The translations under genes were made by a program, and so were the position numbers. A DNA stretch of 64,000 nucleotides, from NCBI GenBank assembly GCA_030613565.1, contig JAUWLS010000002.1, positions 2,321-66,320 on the forward strand. The letters run 5' to 3'. The notes under the pieces were generated by a model. It did no database searches. It was not told where the DNA came from and saw nothing but the letters and a program-made list of their open reading frames with translations. Source of the DNA: Candidatus Shapirobacteria bacterium (GTDB lineage Bacteria; Patescibacteriota; Microgenomatia; UBA12405; JAUWLS01). Shown here in pieces: positions 44,599 through 54,108 of the stretch. Within the stretch, counting starts at the first letter, position 1. The number at the start of each line of letters is the position of its first letter.

Positions 44599-44625
44599 AA
44601 GTTTGGTATAAAATCAGTAAGTAAT

Positions 44626-45783
44626 ATGAAAGGTGCAAAAAACTTTTTTTTGGGTTTAGCTTTTGGGGTTTTTTTGGTGGGAGGGATGCTAACAGGGGCT
44701 GTCGTTGACAGGCTTTCCGGTATTGGGTTTTTAGATAAGTTTGTTTTGCGAGATGGAGATAAAACATCTTTGTCAGTTGATAGGCGGGTTTTAAAGGAGG
44801 AGAGCATGGTGATTGATGTGGTGGAGAAGGTGACTCCTGGGGTGGTGACAGTATCGATTAGCAAAACAAGGCTGGTTCCGGATGTTTTTTCCTTTGATCC
44901 TTTTGGTTTGTTTGGATGGTCACAAGGAGGGAAAGAAGAGAAGATAGAACAAGATATTGGAACTGGTTTTATTTTAAGTGAAGATGGATTGATAGTGACA
45001 AATAAGCATGTGATTTCTGATACACAAGCAAGTTACAAAGTAGTGACAAACAAAGACAAGGTTTATGAAGTAAAAGAAATTTATAGGGATCCAGGTAATG
45101 ATTTGGCAGTATTAAAGATTGAAGGCGAGAAGTTGGCTTCTTTGGATTTAGGTGATTCTTCTGAGCTTAAGGTGGGACAGACTGTAATTGCGATTGGTAC
45201 GGCTTTGGGTGAGTTTAGGTCTACTGTGACAACAGGAGTGATTTCTGGACTAGGAAGGGGAATTGTGGCGAGAGGAGGAGGGAGTAGTGAAAAGATTGAT
45301 GATGTTATTCAGACTGACACAGCAATTAATCCCGGTAATTCTGGGGGACCATTATTGAATAGTTTGGGTCAGGTAATTGGAGTTAATGTGGCAGTGTCGA
45401 GTCAGGGTCAGAATATTGGGTTTGCTTTACCAATTAATCTAGTTAAGAACACAGTCGATAATTTTAAAAATACCGGGGGATTTGAGAGAGCAAGGTTGGG
45501 GATTGCTTATAAGATGATCGGTAAAAAGATTGCCCTTTTAAATGAGGTTCCGGAGGGAGCTTATATGCAAGAGGTTTTAGCTGAAGGGGCAGCAGGATTG
45601 GCAGGAATAAAAGCAGAGGACATTATTATAGAATTTGGAGGAGAGAGAGTTTTAGACGAGAAAGGCAAGAAGCTATCAGAGCTGGTAAATAAAGTGAAGG
45701 TAGGAGACAAGGTGAAGGTTAAGATATGGAGAGATGGGGGAGAGAAAGAATTGACAGTTGAGTTTGTAAAAGAAGGGGTTTAG
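44626..45783 (+). CDS. htrA: HtrA/DegP-family serine protease with PDZ domain
   Basis: GTGFILSEDGLIVTNKHV (His), DLAVLKI (Asp), GNSGGPLLN (Ser), C-terminal PDZ. Confidence 0.8.
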   Translation: MKGAKNFFLGLAFGVFLVGGMLTGAVVDRLSGIGFLDKFVLRDGDKTSLSVDRRVLKEESMVIDVVEKVTPGVVTVSISKTRLVPDVFSFDPFGLFGWSQGGKEEKIEQDIGTGFILSEDGLIVTNKHVISDTQASYKVVTNKDKVYEVKEIYRDPGNDLAVLKIEGEKLASLDLGDSSELKVGQTVIAIGTALGEFRSTVTTGVISGLGRGIVARGGGSSEKIDDVIQTDTAINPGNSGGPLLNSLGQVIGVNVAVSSQGQNIGFALPINLVKNTVDNFKNTGGFERARLGIAYKMIGKKIALLNEVPEGAYMQEVLAEGAAGLAGIKAEDIIIEFGGERVLDEKGKKLSELVNKVKVGDKVKVKIWRDGGEKELTVEFVKEGV

Positions 45784-46499
45784 TTTTTCTTTGGTTCGTC
45801 TAAGGTGGTTAGTTCGAGAATTAAGTCCTCGATGTTTCCCTGAATCATTTTATCTAGTTTGTGCCAGGATTTTTTAAGGCGATGATCGGTGATTCGATTT
45901 TGAGCAAAGTTGTAAGTTCTTATTTTGTCAGCTCTCATTCCTTGTCCAACACTAGTCCTTAACTTTCCCTCTTTTTGAAGTTTCTTTTCTTCTTCTATTT
46001 TCCAGAGTTTAGAGCGAAGAATATCGAGAGCTATTTCCCTGTTTTGTTGTTGAGATCTTTCTTGAGAGGAGACAATGGAAATGTTACTGGGGATGTGTTT
46101 TATTCGGACAGCAGTAGAGACTTTATTAACGTTTTGTCCTCCAGCTCCTCCGGCTCGGAAAGCGGCGAATTCAAGGTCAACATTGTTAATTTTAATTTCT
46201 TGAGAGTTAATTTGAGGGAGAACCACCACAGTGGCAGTAGAAGTGTGAATACGACCTCTTTTTTCAGTGCGAGGAACACGCTGGACACGATGGGTTCCGG
46301 TTTCGAACTTAAGTTGGTGATAACAATCAAAGCCTTTTATTTTGATAACACCTTGGTCAACCTGGCTTACTTTCCAACCAATTTTGTTGGCGTAGCGGGT
46401 ATACATGTTAGCAAGATCTTCGGCCCAAAGCTTGGCTTCGTCTCCGCCTGGACCAGCCCTTATTTCTAGAATAGCGATGTTAGGATTAACTTGGGGCAT
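45780..46499 (-). CDS. prfA: class-I peptide chain release factor, RF1-like, lacking N-terminal domain 1
   Basis: Begins at the domain-2 motif EIRAGPGGDEA; GGQ motif FRAGGAGGQNVNK; decoding-loop region VQRVPRTEKRGRIHTS (RF1-like, not SPF); in-frame stop 3 codons upstream of the ATG (46509-46511). Confidence 0.65.
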   Translation of the reverse strand: MPQVNPNIAILEIRAGPGGDEAKLWAEDLANMYTRYANKIGWKVSQVDQGVIKIKGFDCYHQLKFETGTHRVQRVPRTEKRGRIHTSTATVVVLPQINSQEIKINNVDLEFAAFRAGGAGGQNVNKVSTAVRIKHIPSNISIVSSQERSQQQNREIALDILRSKLWKIEEEKKLQKEGKLRTSVGQGMRADKIRTYNFAQNRITDHRLKKSWHKLDKMIQGNIEDLILELTTLDEPKKN

Positions 46500-46538
46500 A
46501 AAGATATCTTAGCTTAAGTCTCGTGGTTTTTTCGAGTC

Positions 46539-46850
46539 TTATTTTTCTTTCTTGGTAGCAGTCTTTTCTACTTTTTTAGTTTTTTTGGGTTTTTTTGGAG
46601 TTTTGACGGGGGATTTTTTCTTAAGCCTAGTCTTTTTTTGATATTTTTTACCCTTTTCCATTTTTTCTAAGAATCGGTCAATTCTTCCTTTGGTGTCTAC
46701 GTATTTCATTTGTCCAGTAAAGAAAGGATGGCAGGCAGAGCAAATTTCTACCTTGATCTCTTTTTGAGTAGATCCGGTAGTAAATTTATTACCACAAGTG
46801 CAAATGACTTGGCAGTCAGTGTTGTATTTGGGATGTATTCCTGTTTTCAT
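46539..46850 (-). CDS. rpmE: 50S ribosomal protein L31 with K-rich C-terminal extension
   Basis: [23 protein letters not shown]...[11 protein letters not shown]...GRIDRF. Confidence 0.8.
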   Translation of the reverse strand: MKTGIHPKYNTDCQVICTCGNKFTTGSTQKEIKVEICSACHPFFTGQMKYVDTKGRIDRFLEKMEKGKKYQKKTRLKKKSPVKTPKKPKKTKKVEKTATKKEK

Positions 46851-46882
46851 AAGGCTTTGTATTATACAAAAAATTGAGGAAG

Positions 46883-48211
46883 TTATCCAGAAAGTTTAGT
46901 AATAAGGTCTTTTTGGGTGATAATTTCTTGTTCTCTGGTGGACATGTTTTTTAAAGCCACCTTCCCAGCTTTAGCTTCATCTGGACCAATTATAGCCACG
47001 AAAGGAATCTCTTTTTGACTGGCGTATTTCAATTGTTTTTGTAGTTTAGCTTCAGGATCGGGGTAGAGTTCAGTTATGATATTGGCTTCTCGAAGGTCTT
47101 TGGCAAGCAAAAAGGCCTCATTTTGGAGCTTTTCAGAGAAGATGGCAACCATAATTTGGGAGAGGTTTTTGGGTTGAGGGAGCATTTTCCTGTCTTTTAT
47201 GACTTCGATTATGCGTTCAATTCCAAAAGACCCTCCGGCGGCTGGAATATCCTTTCCGATGTAGGTACCAGTTAGTTTGTCGTAGCGACCACAACCACCA
47301 ATAGAGCCAACACCACCTTCAATGACAGTAAATTCCCAGACAGGACCAGTGTAGTAAGACATTCCACGAATAATGGAGGGGTCGTATTTATAGAAGCGAG
47401 GGTTTACAGAAACGGTTTTAAGGTAGGAAAAGATGGTTTCTAGTTCCTGAATACCTTCTTGGGCTTCTTTTGAGTCTTTAAGGATAACCTTCAAATCTTT
47501 TAGTTGGTCTTTGGTTGGGCCGGTTAGAGAGATTAGTTTTAGGATTTTTTGACTGACTTCTTTTTTAATCCCTCTTTTTTCTAATTCCTTTTTGACACCG
47601 TCAAGTCCAATTTTTTCAAGCTTATCGATAGCAATGGCAATGGTGTAATAATCCTTCTTTTTGGCTTTAGCAAAAGAAAGAATGGCGTTTATGATTTTTC
47701 TATTATTAATGCGAGTGACGAAATCTTTAAAGCCCAATTTTTGAATGGCTTCAATTCCCATTTGAATGAATTCAGCTTCGACTAGGGGAGAGGTGCTACC
47801 CCAAACATCAGCATCACACTGAAAAAACTCTCTAAATCTTCCCTTTTGAGGTTTTTCAGCTCTCCAAACAGGTTGAATCATGTAGCGTTTGAAAGGAAAG
47901 GTGAGATTGGAGAAGTTTTGAGCTACAAAACGACAAGAGGGAACAGTGAGATCGTATTTTAAGCCAATTGATCGGCCACCTTGATCTTTGAAAATGTAGG
48001 AGAGCTTGTCCATTTCGCCACCGCTTTTTCCAGCGAGAACTTGGGCGTATTCAAGAGCAGGAGTCTCTAAAGGTTCGTAGCCGTATTTTTCAAAGGTTTT
48101 TTTTATGATGGAGATCACATACTGCCTGAGACGAGCATCAGAGGCGTAAAAATCTCTAAAACCCTTTAGGGTCTGAGGTTTGATTAGATCCTTTTTGTTT
48201 TTACTATTCAT
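46883..48211 (-). CDS. hisS: histidine--tRNA ligase
   Basis: LKGFRDF, class-II aaRS motifs, C-terminal anticodon-binding domain. ORF track extends to 48253 across the tRNA-His gene; start at MNSKNKK (48209-48211). Confidence 0.8.
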   Translation of the reverse strand: MNSKNKKDLIKPQTLKGFRDFYASDARLRQYVISIIKKTFEKYGYEPLETPALEYAQVLAGKSGGEMDKLSYIFKDQGGRSIGLKYDLTVPSCRFVAQNFSNLTFPFKRYMIQPVWRAEKPQKGRFREFFQCDADVWGSTSPLVEAEFIQMGIEAIQKLGFKDFVTRINNRKIINAILSFAKAKKKDYYTIAIAIDKLEKIGLDGVKKELEKRGIKKEVSQKILKLISLTGPTKDQLKDLKVILKDSKEAQEGIQELETIFSYLKTVSVNPRFYKYDPSIIRGMSYYTGPVWEFTVIEGGVGSIGGCGRYDKLTGTYIGKDIPAAGGSFGIERIIEVIKDRKMLPQPKNLSQIMVAIFSEKLQNEAFLLAKDLREANIITELYPDPEAKLQKQLKYASQKEIPFVAIIGPDEAKAGKVALKNMSTREQEIITQKDLITKLSG

Positions 48212-48288
48212 GGGGTGATACACCGGACTCGAACCGGCAACCTTCTGCTTCACAGGCAGATGCTCTAACCAATTGAGCTAGTACCACC
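48211..48288 (-). tRNA. tRNA-His (anticodon GTG) with encoded G-1 and CCA
   Basis: Reverse complement reads G-GTGGTACTAGCTCAATTGGTTAGAGCATCTGCCTGTGAAGCAGAAGGTTGCCGGTTCGAGTCCGGTGTATCAC-C-CCA; anticodon loop CTGTGAA; extra 5' G pairing with discriminator C is a His hallmark. Confidence 0.85.
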
Positions 48289-48306
48289 ATATATGTTAAA
48301 GATATC

Positions 48307-48328
48307 AAAAAACCCGCCTCGTGGCGGG
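48307..48328 (-). terminator. rho-independent terminator (minus strand)
   Basis: Minus strand reads ACCCGCC-ACGA-GGCGGGT followed by TTTTTT; downstream of gene 48444..49220. Confidence 0.6.
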
Positions 48329-48443
48329 TAGTAGATACAGAAAAGCCCGCCAGCTTAGAGGTTGGCGTGAGGATGGCTAAATCTGTTTGTTGATTTCATG
48401 ACTGGATTTTATCACCTACGGCAGGATTGTCAAATAAAAAGGA

Positions 48444-49220
48444 CTATTCTTGATCAGTTTCTTCTTGAGTGTTTTCAGATTCAGTTTCTTGTTCTGGGAT
48501 GGGGGTAGGAGCAGCTTTAATGGTTTTTAAACGTCTTGCAGCATAGGTTAATTTTCCATTTTCGCTTTGGGTAAGAATAGCGATTAAGATTTGACCGTTT
48601 TCAAAGTCGGAAAAATCAGTGTCAGAGTTAGTTTTAGCGTCTAGTTTTACTTCGTATTGTTCATTTTTATTTTTAAGAGGGGTTAGAACAAGGACTTTCG
48701 ACTCAGTGGAAATGTCGCTTATGGTGGCGTAAATAACCTTTGTTTTGGACCAGTCAGTGGGAGTAGAGGTTAAAACAAGTCTTTTGCCTTCAAGGGTGTT
48801 TTCTTGTTCAACAACTCCCATAGAAAGGATTTGTTGACCTTCTTTTAGATCAGAGGAAGTGATTTCCTGTCTTTTGAGGTCGATTATGGTGGTGGCGGAG
48901 TCGAGAAGGATGGTTCTTTCTTTTTCTTGAAACTTGGTTTGAATTTTTCCCTCTTCAACTTTCTCTATGATTCCGTACCAAGCTCTTTTTTGGTTTAGAG
49001 TAGTAGAGGAAGTGATTTGTTGAATTTTTTCCTGGACCTTTTTTTTGACAGCTTCTCTTATTTCTTTAATTTCTTCTTCGGTTTGAGAGGTTTCTTCTTG
49101 CTCTTCGATTGGGGTAGGGGAAAGGTCTTCTTCCAAAGCTTCTTCTTGAGCCTGTGTAGACAAAGGAAAAAGAGAGATTAAAAGAAAAAATAGGACTAGT
49201 AGTTTAGTTTTGTTTTTCAT
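48444..49220 (-). CDS. secreted hypothetical protein
   Basis: Signal peptide MKNKTKLLVLFFLLISLFPLSTQA; acidic N- and C-terminal stretches. Confidence 0.45.
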   Translation of the reverse strand: MKNKTKLLVLFFLLISLFPLSTQAQEEALEEDLSPTPIEEQEETSQTEEEIKEIREAVKKKVQEKIQQITSSTTLNQKRAWYGIIEKVEEGKIQTKFQEKERTILLDSATTIIDLKRQEITSSDLKEGQQILSMGVVEQENTLEGKRLVLTSTPTDWSKTKVIYATISDISTESKVLVLTPLKNKNEQYEVKLDAKTNSDTDFSDFENGQILIAILTQSENGKLTYAARRLKTIKAAPTPIPEQETESENTQEETDQE

Positions 49221-49225
49221 AGTTT

Positions 49226-49693
49226 TTAGATTTTAGCGGTGGAATAAGTGAGGTGCAAGATGGTTTCAGTTGATTCACCATCGCTATTGAAAGAAATAAT
49301 TTTGACAACATTGAGTCCACCATTTAGTTCAATAGAAATTTCAAAATTTCCATCCTCATCAGCAGTGGTGATTTCGTCTCCTTCTTCGTGAAGAACTACG
49401 ACAAAGGCTGAGGGTTGGGTTTGTCCAGTAATTTTTTGGAGACTTTTTGCCAGAACAGATTCGTTTTCAGGAGATTCAACTTTAAGATAGATTTTTTCGG
49501 TTTTTTCTTCTTCTCCGGTCTGGGTTTCTTCTTTTTCTTCTTGGTTTTTTTGGGGAACTTCTTCTTTTGTGATTTCAGTTTCTTTTTCTAAAATTTCTTT
49601 TAGTTTCCCTTCTTGGATGAGCCAAAAAGCAGCGGTGATTATGAAACCAAAAATGGCTCCGATGGCGATAGCTGTGAGTAATTCCTTCTTCAT
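49226..49693 (-). CDS. membrane-anchored hypothetical protein
   Basis: N-terminal transmembrane helix, acidic linker, C-terminal beta-rich domain. Confidence 0.45.
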   Translation of the reverse strand: MKKELLTAIAIGAIFGFIITAAFWLIQEGKLKEILEKETEITKEEVPQKNQEEKEETQTGEEEKTEKIYLKVESPENESVLAKSLQKITGQTQPSAFVVVLHEEGDEITTADEDGNFEISIELNGGLNVVKIISFNSDGESTETILHLTYSTAKI

Positions 49694-49759
49694 GAGAGTA
49701 GGTTATCATATAGGAACAATAATTGGAATAATAGGGAATTGTGGTATATTTGTTTAGGT

Positions 49760-50359
49760 ATGGATATCAAAAAAATAAGTGAAAAAGGAGCTGTCTTGAG
49801 GTCGAAAGGATTGGGAGTGGGAGTGAATCTTTTCCCATCCAAAGGAGATCTTAAAGGATACAGGTTAGAGCTTGATATTATTTTGTACACCAATGGTAAG
49901 GGGGGGCGAGAGGAAAAGGAATTTGAAGGCTTGAAGGTGATAGGTCCTGGAGAGTATGAAAGCAAGGGAATTGAGGTTGAAGGTTGGTATTTAAATCCTA
50001 AGGATAAGGGAGAGAAAAGCAGTGTTTATACGGTAGTGATTGATGGGTTAACAGTTTGTATTTTGGGAAAAATATCAGAAGGATTGTCCGATAGTTTGAT
50101 AGAAAAGATCGGAGGAGTACATGTTCTGTTGATTGATCTGAAGAGTGATATTAAGGTGTCAGAGCTTTGGGAGCAAGTAAAAAGATTGGGTCCTAATATG
50201 GTGGTACCAATTGGTTTTTCTTCTGATAAAGGGGAAGAGGTGAAAGCTTTTTTGGATGCGGCTGATGAGGAAGGACTGAAAAGTGTTGAAAAGGTTAAAG
50301 TTGACAGTTTGACACTACCCGAAGACAGAGTGGTAGTTATTTTAAATGGCGGAAAATAA
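49760..50359 (+). CDS. hypothetical protein
   Basis: ORF track 49739; Met at 49760 (MDIKKISEKG); overlaps the dnaB start. Confidence 0.35.
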   Translation: MDIKKISEKGAVLRSKGLGVGVNLFPSKGDLKGYRLELDIILYTNGKGGREEKEFEGLKVIGPGEYESKGIEVEGWYLNPKDKGEKSSVYTVVIDGLTVCILGKISEGLSDSLIEKIGGVHVLLIDLKSDIKVSELWEQVKRLGPNMVVPIGFSSDKGEEVKAFLDAADEEGLKSVEKVKVDSLTLPEDRVVVILNGGK

Positions 50360-51653
50360 AGGAAGGGTTCCACCACAATCAATTGAGGCAGAAAGATCAG
50401 TTTTAGGGAGTGTGCTGATTGATAAAGATGCAGCATTGGCAGTAGCAGAGTTTTTGAGACCAGAACATTTCTACGAAAGCAGTCACCAAGAGATTTTTAA
50501 AGTGATGCTTGCGCTTTATGAAGAGAGAACCCCGATTGATGTGGTTACGGTGGCAGATGCCTTAAAGAAAAACAAGTCACTTTCAAGAGTTGGAGGAAGG
50601 GCATATTTGGCCAAGTTGACCTCCTTAACACCAACTTCAGCTCATGCTGAGCACTATGGAAGAATAGTTAAAGGTTTGTCGGCAAGAAGAGAGTTGATAT
50701 CAGCAGCTTCAAAAATTACAGAACTGGCTTTTGATGGAAAAGGGGAGTCGCAGGAGGTGATGGATAGTGCAGAGCAGGAGATATTTTCTTTATCCCAAAG
50801 ACATCTTAAGAATATTCCAGTGTCTTTAAAAGAAATTTTGACAGACAGTTTCGATAGGTTGGATGAATTGCAGAAATTAGGAACAGGTTTAAGAGGGGTG
50901 TCAACTGGTTTTAAGGATATGGACAACATATTGGCAGGGATGCAGGCGAGTAATTTGTTGATTTTGGCAGCAAGACCAGGAGTAGGAAAATCGGCCTTTA
51001 TGTTAAATATTGCCAGACATGTAGCAGTGGAAACCAAATTACCAACTTGTATTTTTTCTTTGGAAATGAGCAAAGAGGAAATGGTAGACAGACTTTTGAC
51101 TAGACAGGCGATGATTGATGCTTGGAAACTAAAGACGGGACAGTTAAATGATGAGGACTTTAGTTCTTTGTCTGAAGCAATGGGGGTTTTGGCTGAAGTT
51201 CCTTTGTTTATAGATGATAAACCAGGAATGTCAGTTTTAGAGATAAGGACAAAAGCAAGAAGGCTTCAGGTGGAACAAGGACTGGGTTTGGTAATAGTAG
51301 ATTATTTACAGTTAATGAGAGGAATGACTAAGGATAATAGAGTTCAAGAGGTTTCTGAGATTTCGCAGGGCCTGAAGAACTTGGCTAGAGAATTGAAGGT
51401 TCCAGTTTTAGCAGCAGCCCAACTTTCAAGAGCAGTGGAAAGTAGGGGAGGTAAGCCAAGGTTGGCGGACTTAAGAGAGAGCGGATCAATTGAGCAAGAT
51501 GCGGACGTAGTGATGTTTTTGTGGAGAGAAGATGAGGAGAACAGAGAGGGAGTGACTTGCGAGGTATCAAAACACAGAAACGGTTCAGTGGGATCTTTCC
51601 CACTTTATTTTAATGCTAAGCAGGTAAGTTTCTTTGGCATGGAGAAAAAGTAG
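50346..51653 (+). CDS. dnaB: replicative DNA helicase DnaB
   Basis: N-terminal IEAERSVLGSVLID, Walker A ARPGVGKSAF, Walker B VIVDYLQLM. Confidence 0.85.
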   Translation: MAENKGRVPPQSIEAERSVLGSVLIDKDAALAVAEFLRPEHFYESSHQEIFKVMLALYEERTPIDVVTVADALKKNKSLSRVGGRAYLAKLTSLTPTSAHAEHYGRIVKGLSARRELISAASKITELAFDGKGESQEVMDSAEQEIFSLSQRHLKNIPVSLKEILTDSFDRLDELQKLGTGLRGVSTGFKDMDNILAGMQASNLLILAARPGVGKSAFMLNIARHVAVETKLPTCIFSLEMSKEEMVDRLLTRQAMIDAWKLKTGQLNDEDFSSLSEAMGVLAEVPLFIDDKPGMSVLEIRTKARRLQVEQGLGLVIVDYLQLMRGMTKDNRVQEVSEISQGLKNLARELKVPVLAAAQLSRAVESRGGKPRLADLRESGSIEQDADVVMFLWREDEENREGVTCEVSKHRNGSVGSFPLYFNAKQVSFFGMEKK

Positions 51654-51720
51654 TAAAAAAAAGGTTGTTTAAATTTTGGGGTGGGTCGTGAGATAATTGG
51701 ATGGTTGATAATTAGTTTTT

Positions 51721-51807
51721 GCCGGAGTGGCGGAATTGGCAGACGCGCACGACTCAAAATCGTGTGATCGCAAGATCATGTGGGTTCAACTCCCACCTCC
51801 GGCACCA
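51721..51807 (+). tRNA. tRNA-Leu (anticodon CAA), long variable arm, CCA encoded
   Basis: GCCGGAG-TG-GCGGAATTGGCAGACGCG-CACGA-CTCAAAA-TCGTG-...-TGGGTTCAACTCCCAC-CTCCGGC-A-CCA; D-arm as in bacterial tRNA-Leu. Confidence 0.85.
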
Positions 51808-51823
51808 TGTTATTCTTCTTTAA

Positions 51824-52525
51824 ATGATTAGTTTCTGGAAAGGTCTTTCTTTAACTTTGTTTGGGATCTTGTTCTCTTTGGGAATGGTTTTTTATCAGTA
51901 TAGGTCTTGGAAGGCTTTAAAGGATGATTTGTCGGAAAAAGATCTTATGGGAGTACTTTGGATTAGTACGATAGTCTCTCTTTTAGGTGGAAGGATGGTT
52001 TTTGTTTTAGGAAACTGGGGAGAGTTGGGGGGAGATTTTTTAAGTTGGGTTTTGTTTTGGAGAAAGAGTGGTTTTTCCTGGTTGGCTTTTTACTTTTTTT
52101 GGGTGGGGAGTATTTGGTTGTTTTCGAGGATAAAAGAGTGGAATCACTGGAGGGTTTTGGAGGAAGTTTTGGGTCCATTTTTAGGATGGTTAAGCTTTTC
52201 TTATTTGGGAATGTTTTTCTCTAGCTCTTTTTCAGTCTTTTCTAATTTGGGCTGGTTTTTGGTGTTTTTGTTTTTGTACATTTTGTCTTTATGGATTGGG
52301 AAAAATTATAGATCTTGGGTTTGGTATCCGAGTGGTAAAAAAGGTTTTCTTTTTTTAGCAGTTAATATATTGTTTTTTGTTTCGTTCTTTGTTTTTAGTT
52401 TAATTAAGAGAGGTGGATTGGGATCTTTGGATATTTTGAGTTTGGGATGGGTAATCTTGCTTTTGACTTCTTTGTTTTCTTTGGGAGAATATAAGATAGG
52501 AGGGGGTAGTAAGAAAAAGAAATAG
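51824..52525 (+). CDS. polytopic membrane protein (hypothetical; weak Lgt-like character)
   Basis: 6-7 transmembrane helices, W/F-rich; GGRMVFVLGNWGELGG. Confidence 0.3.
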   Translation: MISFWKGLSLTLFGILFSLGMVFYQYRSWKALKDDLSEKDLMGVLWISTIVSLLGGRMVFVLGNWGELGGDFLSWVLFWRKSGFSWLAFYFFWVGSIWLFSRIKEWNHWRVLEEVLGPFLGWLSFSYLGMFFSSSFSVFSNLGWFLVFLFLYILSLWIGKNYRSWVWYPSGKKGFLFLAVNILFFVSFFVFSLIKRGGLGSLDILSLGWVILLLTSLFSLGEYKIGGGSKKKK

Positions 52526-52571
52526 AAAAGAGTTTCTTTTTTACCTTGTTACATGTTAGTATCTTTAGAGA

Positions 52572-52949
52572 ATGGTTAAAAAACTAAATTTTTCATTTCC
52601 AACAAAAGTATTAGGTCCTGTAAAGGGTTTTTTGCAAGGAGAGCTTAAAAAGCTTAAAAAACAGGCGGAAAGAGTAAAGAAAAATGATCCTTTTGCAGAT
52701 ACAAGCAGGGTTAATGATAATGCAGCGGTAGATACTGATGTTGCTGAACAGGTTGGTCATAGTAATGCAGAAGCCAAAGGAAAGTTTATAAAATCGAGAA
52801 TTGTTCAGATTCGTAAAGCTTTGACTAGAATAAAGATCGGAAAATATGGAATTTGTGAGGATTGCGGAAAAATGATAGATACAGACAGATTAATGGTGTT
52901 TCCAGAGACAACAGTTTGTGTAAAGTGTGTTAAAGACAGAGAAAAATAA
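52572..52949 (+). CDS. DksA/TraR-family C4 zinc-finger protein
   Basis: C-terminal CEDCGKMIDTDRLMVFPETTVCVKC. Confidence 0.6.
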   Translation: MVKKLNFSFPTKVLGPVKGFLQGELKKLKKQAERVKKNDPFADTSRVNDNAAVDTDVAEQVGHSNAEAKGKFIKSRIVQIRKALTRIKIGKYGICEDCGKMIDTDRLMVFPETTVCVKCVKDREK

Positions 52950-53322
52950 GGTAGGATTGGGATTGTTTTCATTTTTTTTGGTTTGGTTGGGACATGAGTT
53001 TTTTTCCAGCAGAGGAACAGTTGTTTTGAATAGGGGAGTATCCTTTGGAATCGAGGTGCCGGTTTTTTTGGTGGCAGCGTTTTTCTTGGTTTGGATTCTG
53101 GCTTTAGTTTATTTTCGAAAGAGTGATTTTTTCTGGTCTCTTTGGGGATTAGTCGTTGGAGGGGGAGTTAATTTTTTGGACAGATTAAGGTGGGGTGGGG
53201 TGAGGGATTACTTTAATTTCTTTGGTTTGTTTTATAATAACTTGGCAGACTGGGTAATTTTTATTTCGATACTTAGTTTTGTGGTTTTGTTTTTTATAAA
53301 AGAGAAGAATGAAAAAAGATAA
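52927..53322 (+). CDS. lspA: lipoprotein signal peptidase II
   Basis: NRGVSFG, GGGVNFLDRL...VRDYFNF, FYNNLADW conserved LspA blocks. Confidence 0.65.
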   Translation: MLKTEKNKVGLGLFSFFLVWLGHEFFSSRGTVVLNRGVSFGIEVPVFLVAAFFLVWILALVYFRKSDFFWSLWGLVVGGGVNFLDRLRWGGVRDYFNFFGLFYNNLADWVIFISILSFVVLFFIKEKNEKR

Positions 53323-54043
53323 AAGAGAGGAGATAAAAAAGATTTTTGAAGACAAGTTTTTCTTGGTTTTAGATAAGCCTTTTGAGTGTTTGTCAGTGAA
53401 AGCGTCAACAAGTAAACTTTTTTCTTTAGAGGAATGGATGCGAGAAGAGTATCCCAATGTTTTTAGAAAATCAGGCAAACAAGAGAGTGATTTTTTGAAA
53501 AGAGGGGGAGTGGTTCACAGGTTAGATAAGAATACGACGGGCTTGGTTTTGACGGCCAAGGATGAAATTAGCTTTTTAAGGCTTCAGGGGCAGTTTAAAG
53601 AGAGAAAGGTTAAAAAAAGCTACTATGGTTTGGTTTTGGGAGAAATACCTCTGGAAGGGGGGATAGAGGTGCCCATAGCGCGTTGTAAACAGAGCTTTGG
53701 GACTTGGGAGGCTGATCCTGGCGGTGCAGAGGCCAAAACTGACTTTTTGAGGTTGAAAGTTTATGAATTTGAAGGAAGAAAGTACAGTTTGGTTGAATTA
53801 AAGCCAAAGACGGGTAGGACTCATCAGATTAGAGTGCATCTTAAGTACATGGGGTGGCCGATAGTGGGAGATAAGATTTATGGTGGGCAAGATTTTCCTG
53901 GTTTGAAAAGACTGTTTTTACACGCTGGGAAAATTGAGTTAAACCATCCAGAAACTGGAGAAAAAGTTTCATTTAAGAGTAAGTTGACTGATGACTTGGT
54001 TAGGGTTTTGGCGAGACTGGGAGAAAAAGATCAGATAATTTAA
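53309..54043 (+). CDS. RluA-family pseudouridine synthase
   Basis: VVHRLDKNTTGLVLTAK (catalytic Asp), GRTHQIRVHL. Confidence 0.7.
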   Translation: MKKDKREEIKKIFEDKFFLVLDKPFECLSVKASTSKLFSLEEWMREEYPNVFRKSGKQESDFLKRGGVVHRLDKNTTGLVLTAKDEISFLRLQGQFKERKVKKSYYGLVLGEIPLEGGIEVPIARCKQSFGTWEADPGGAEAKTDFLRLKVYEFEGRKYSLVELKPKTGRTHQIRVHLKYMGWPIVGDKIYGGQDFPGLKRLFLHAGKIELNHPETGEKVSFKSKLTDDLVRVLARLGEKDQII

Positions 54044-54108
54044 TTTTTTATAGTCAGGTGGAACTAGTTTATTTACACTGACTGAGGTTTTGTTATAGAC
54101 TTTTTGGT

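Noticed and set aside
44265-44864. 199-aa minus-strand ORF spanning the ctpA/htrA junction
   Set aside because: Antisense to two well-supported protease genes, with low-complexity translation.
51824-52525. Calling the membrane protein prolipoprotein diacylglyceryl transferase (Lgt)
   Set aside because: Only a weak GGRMVFVLGNWGE resemblance. The Lgt signature (GRxGNFxNxE) is not present; kept as a generic membrane protein.
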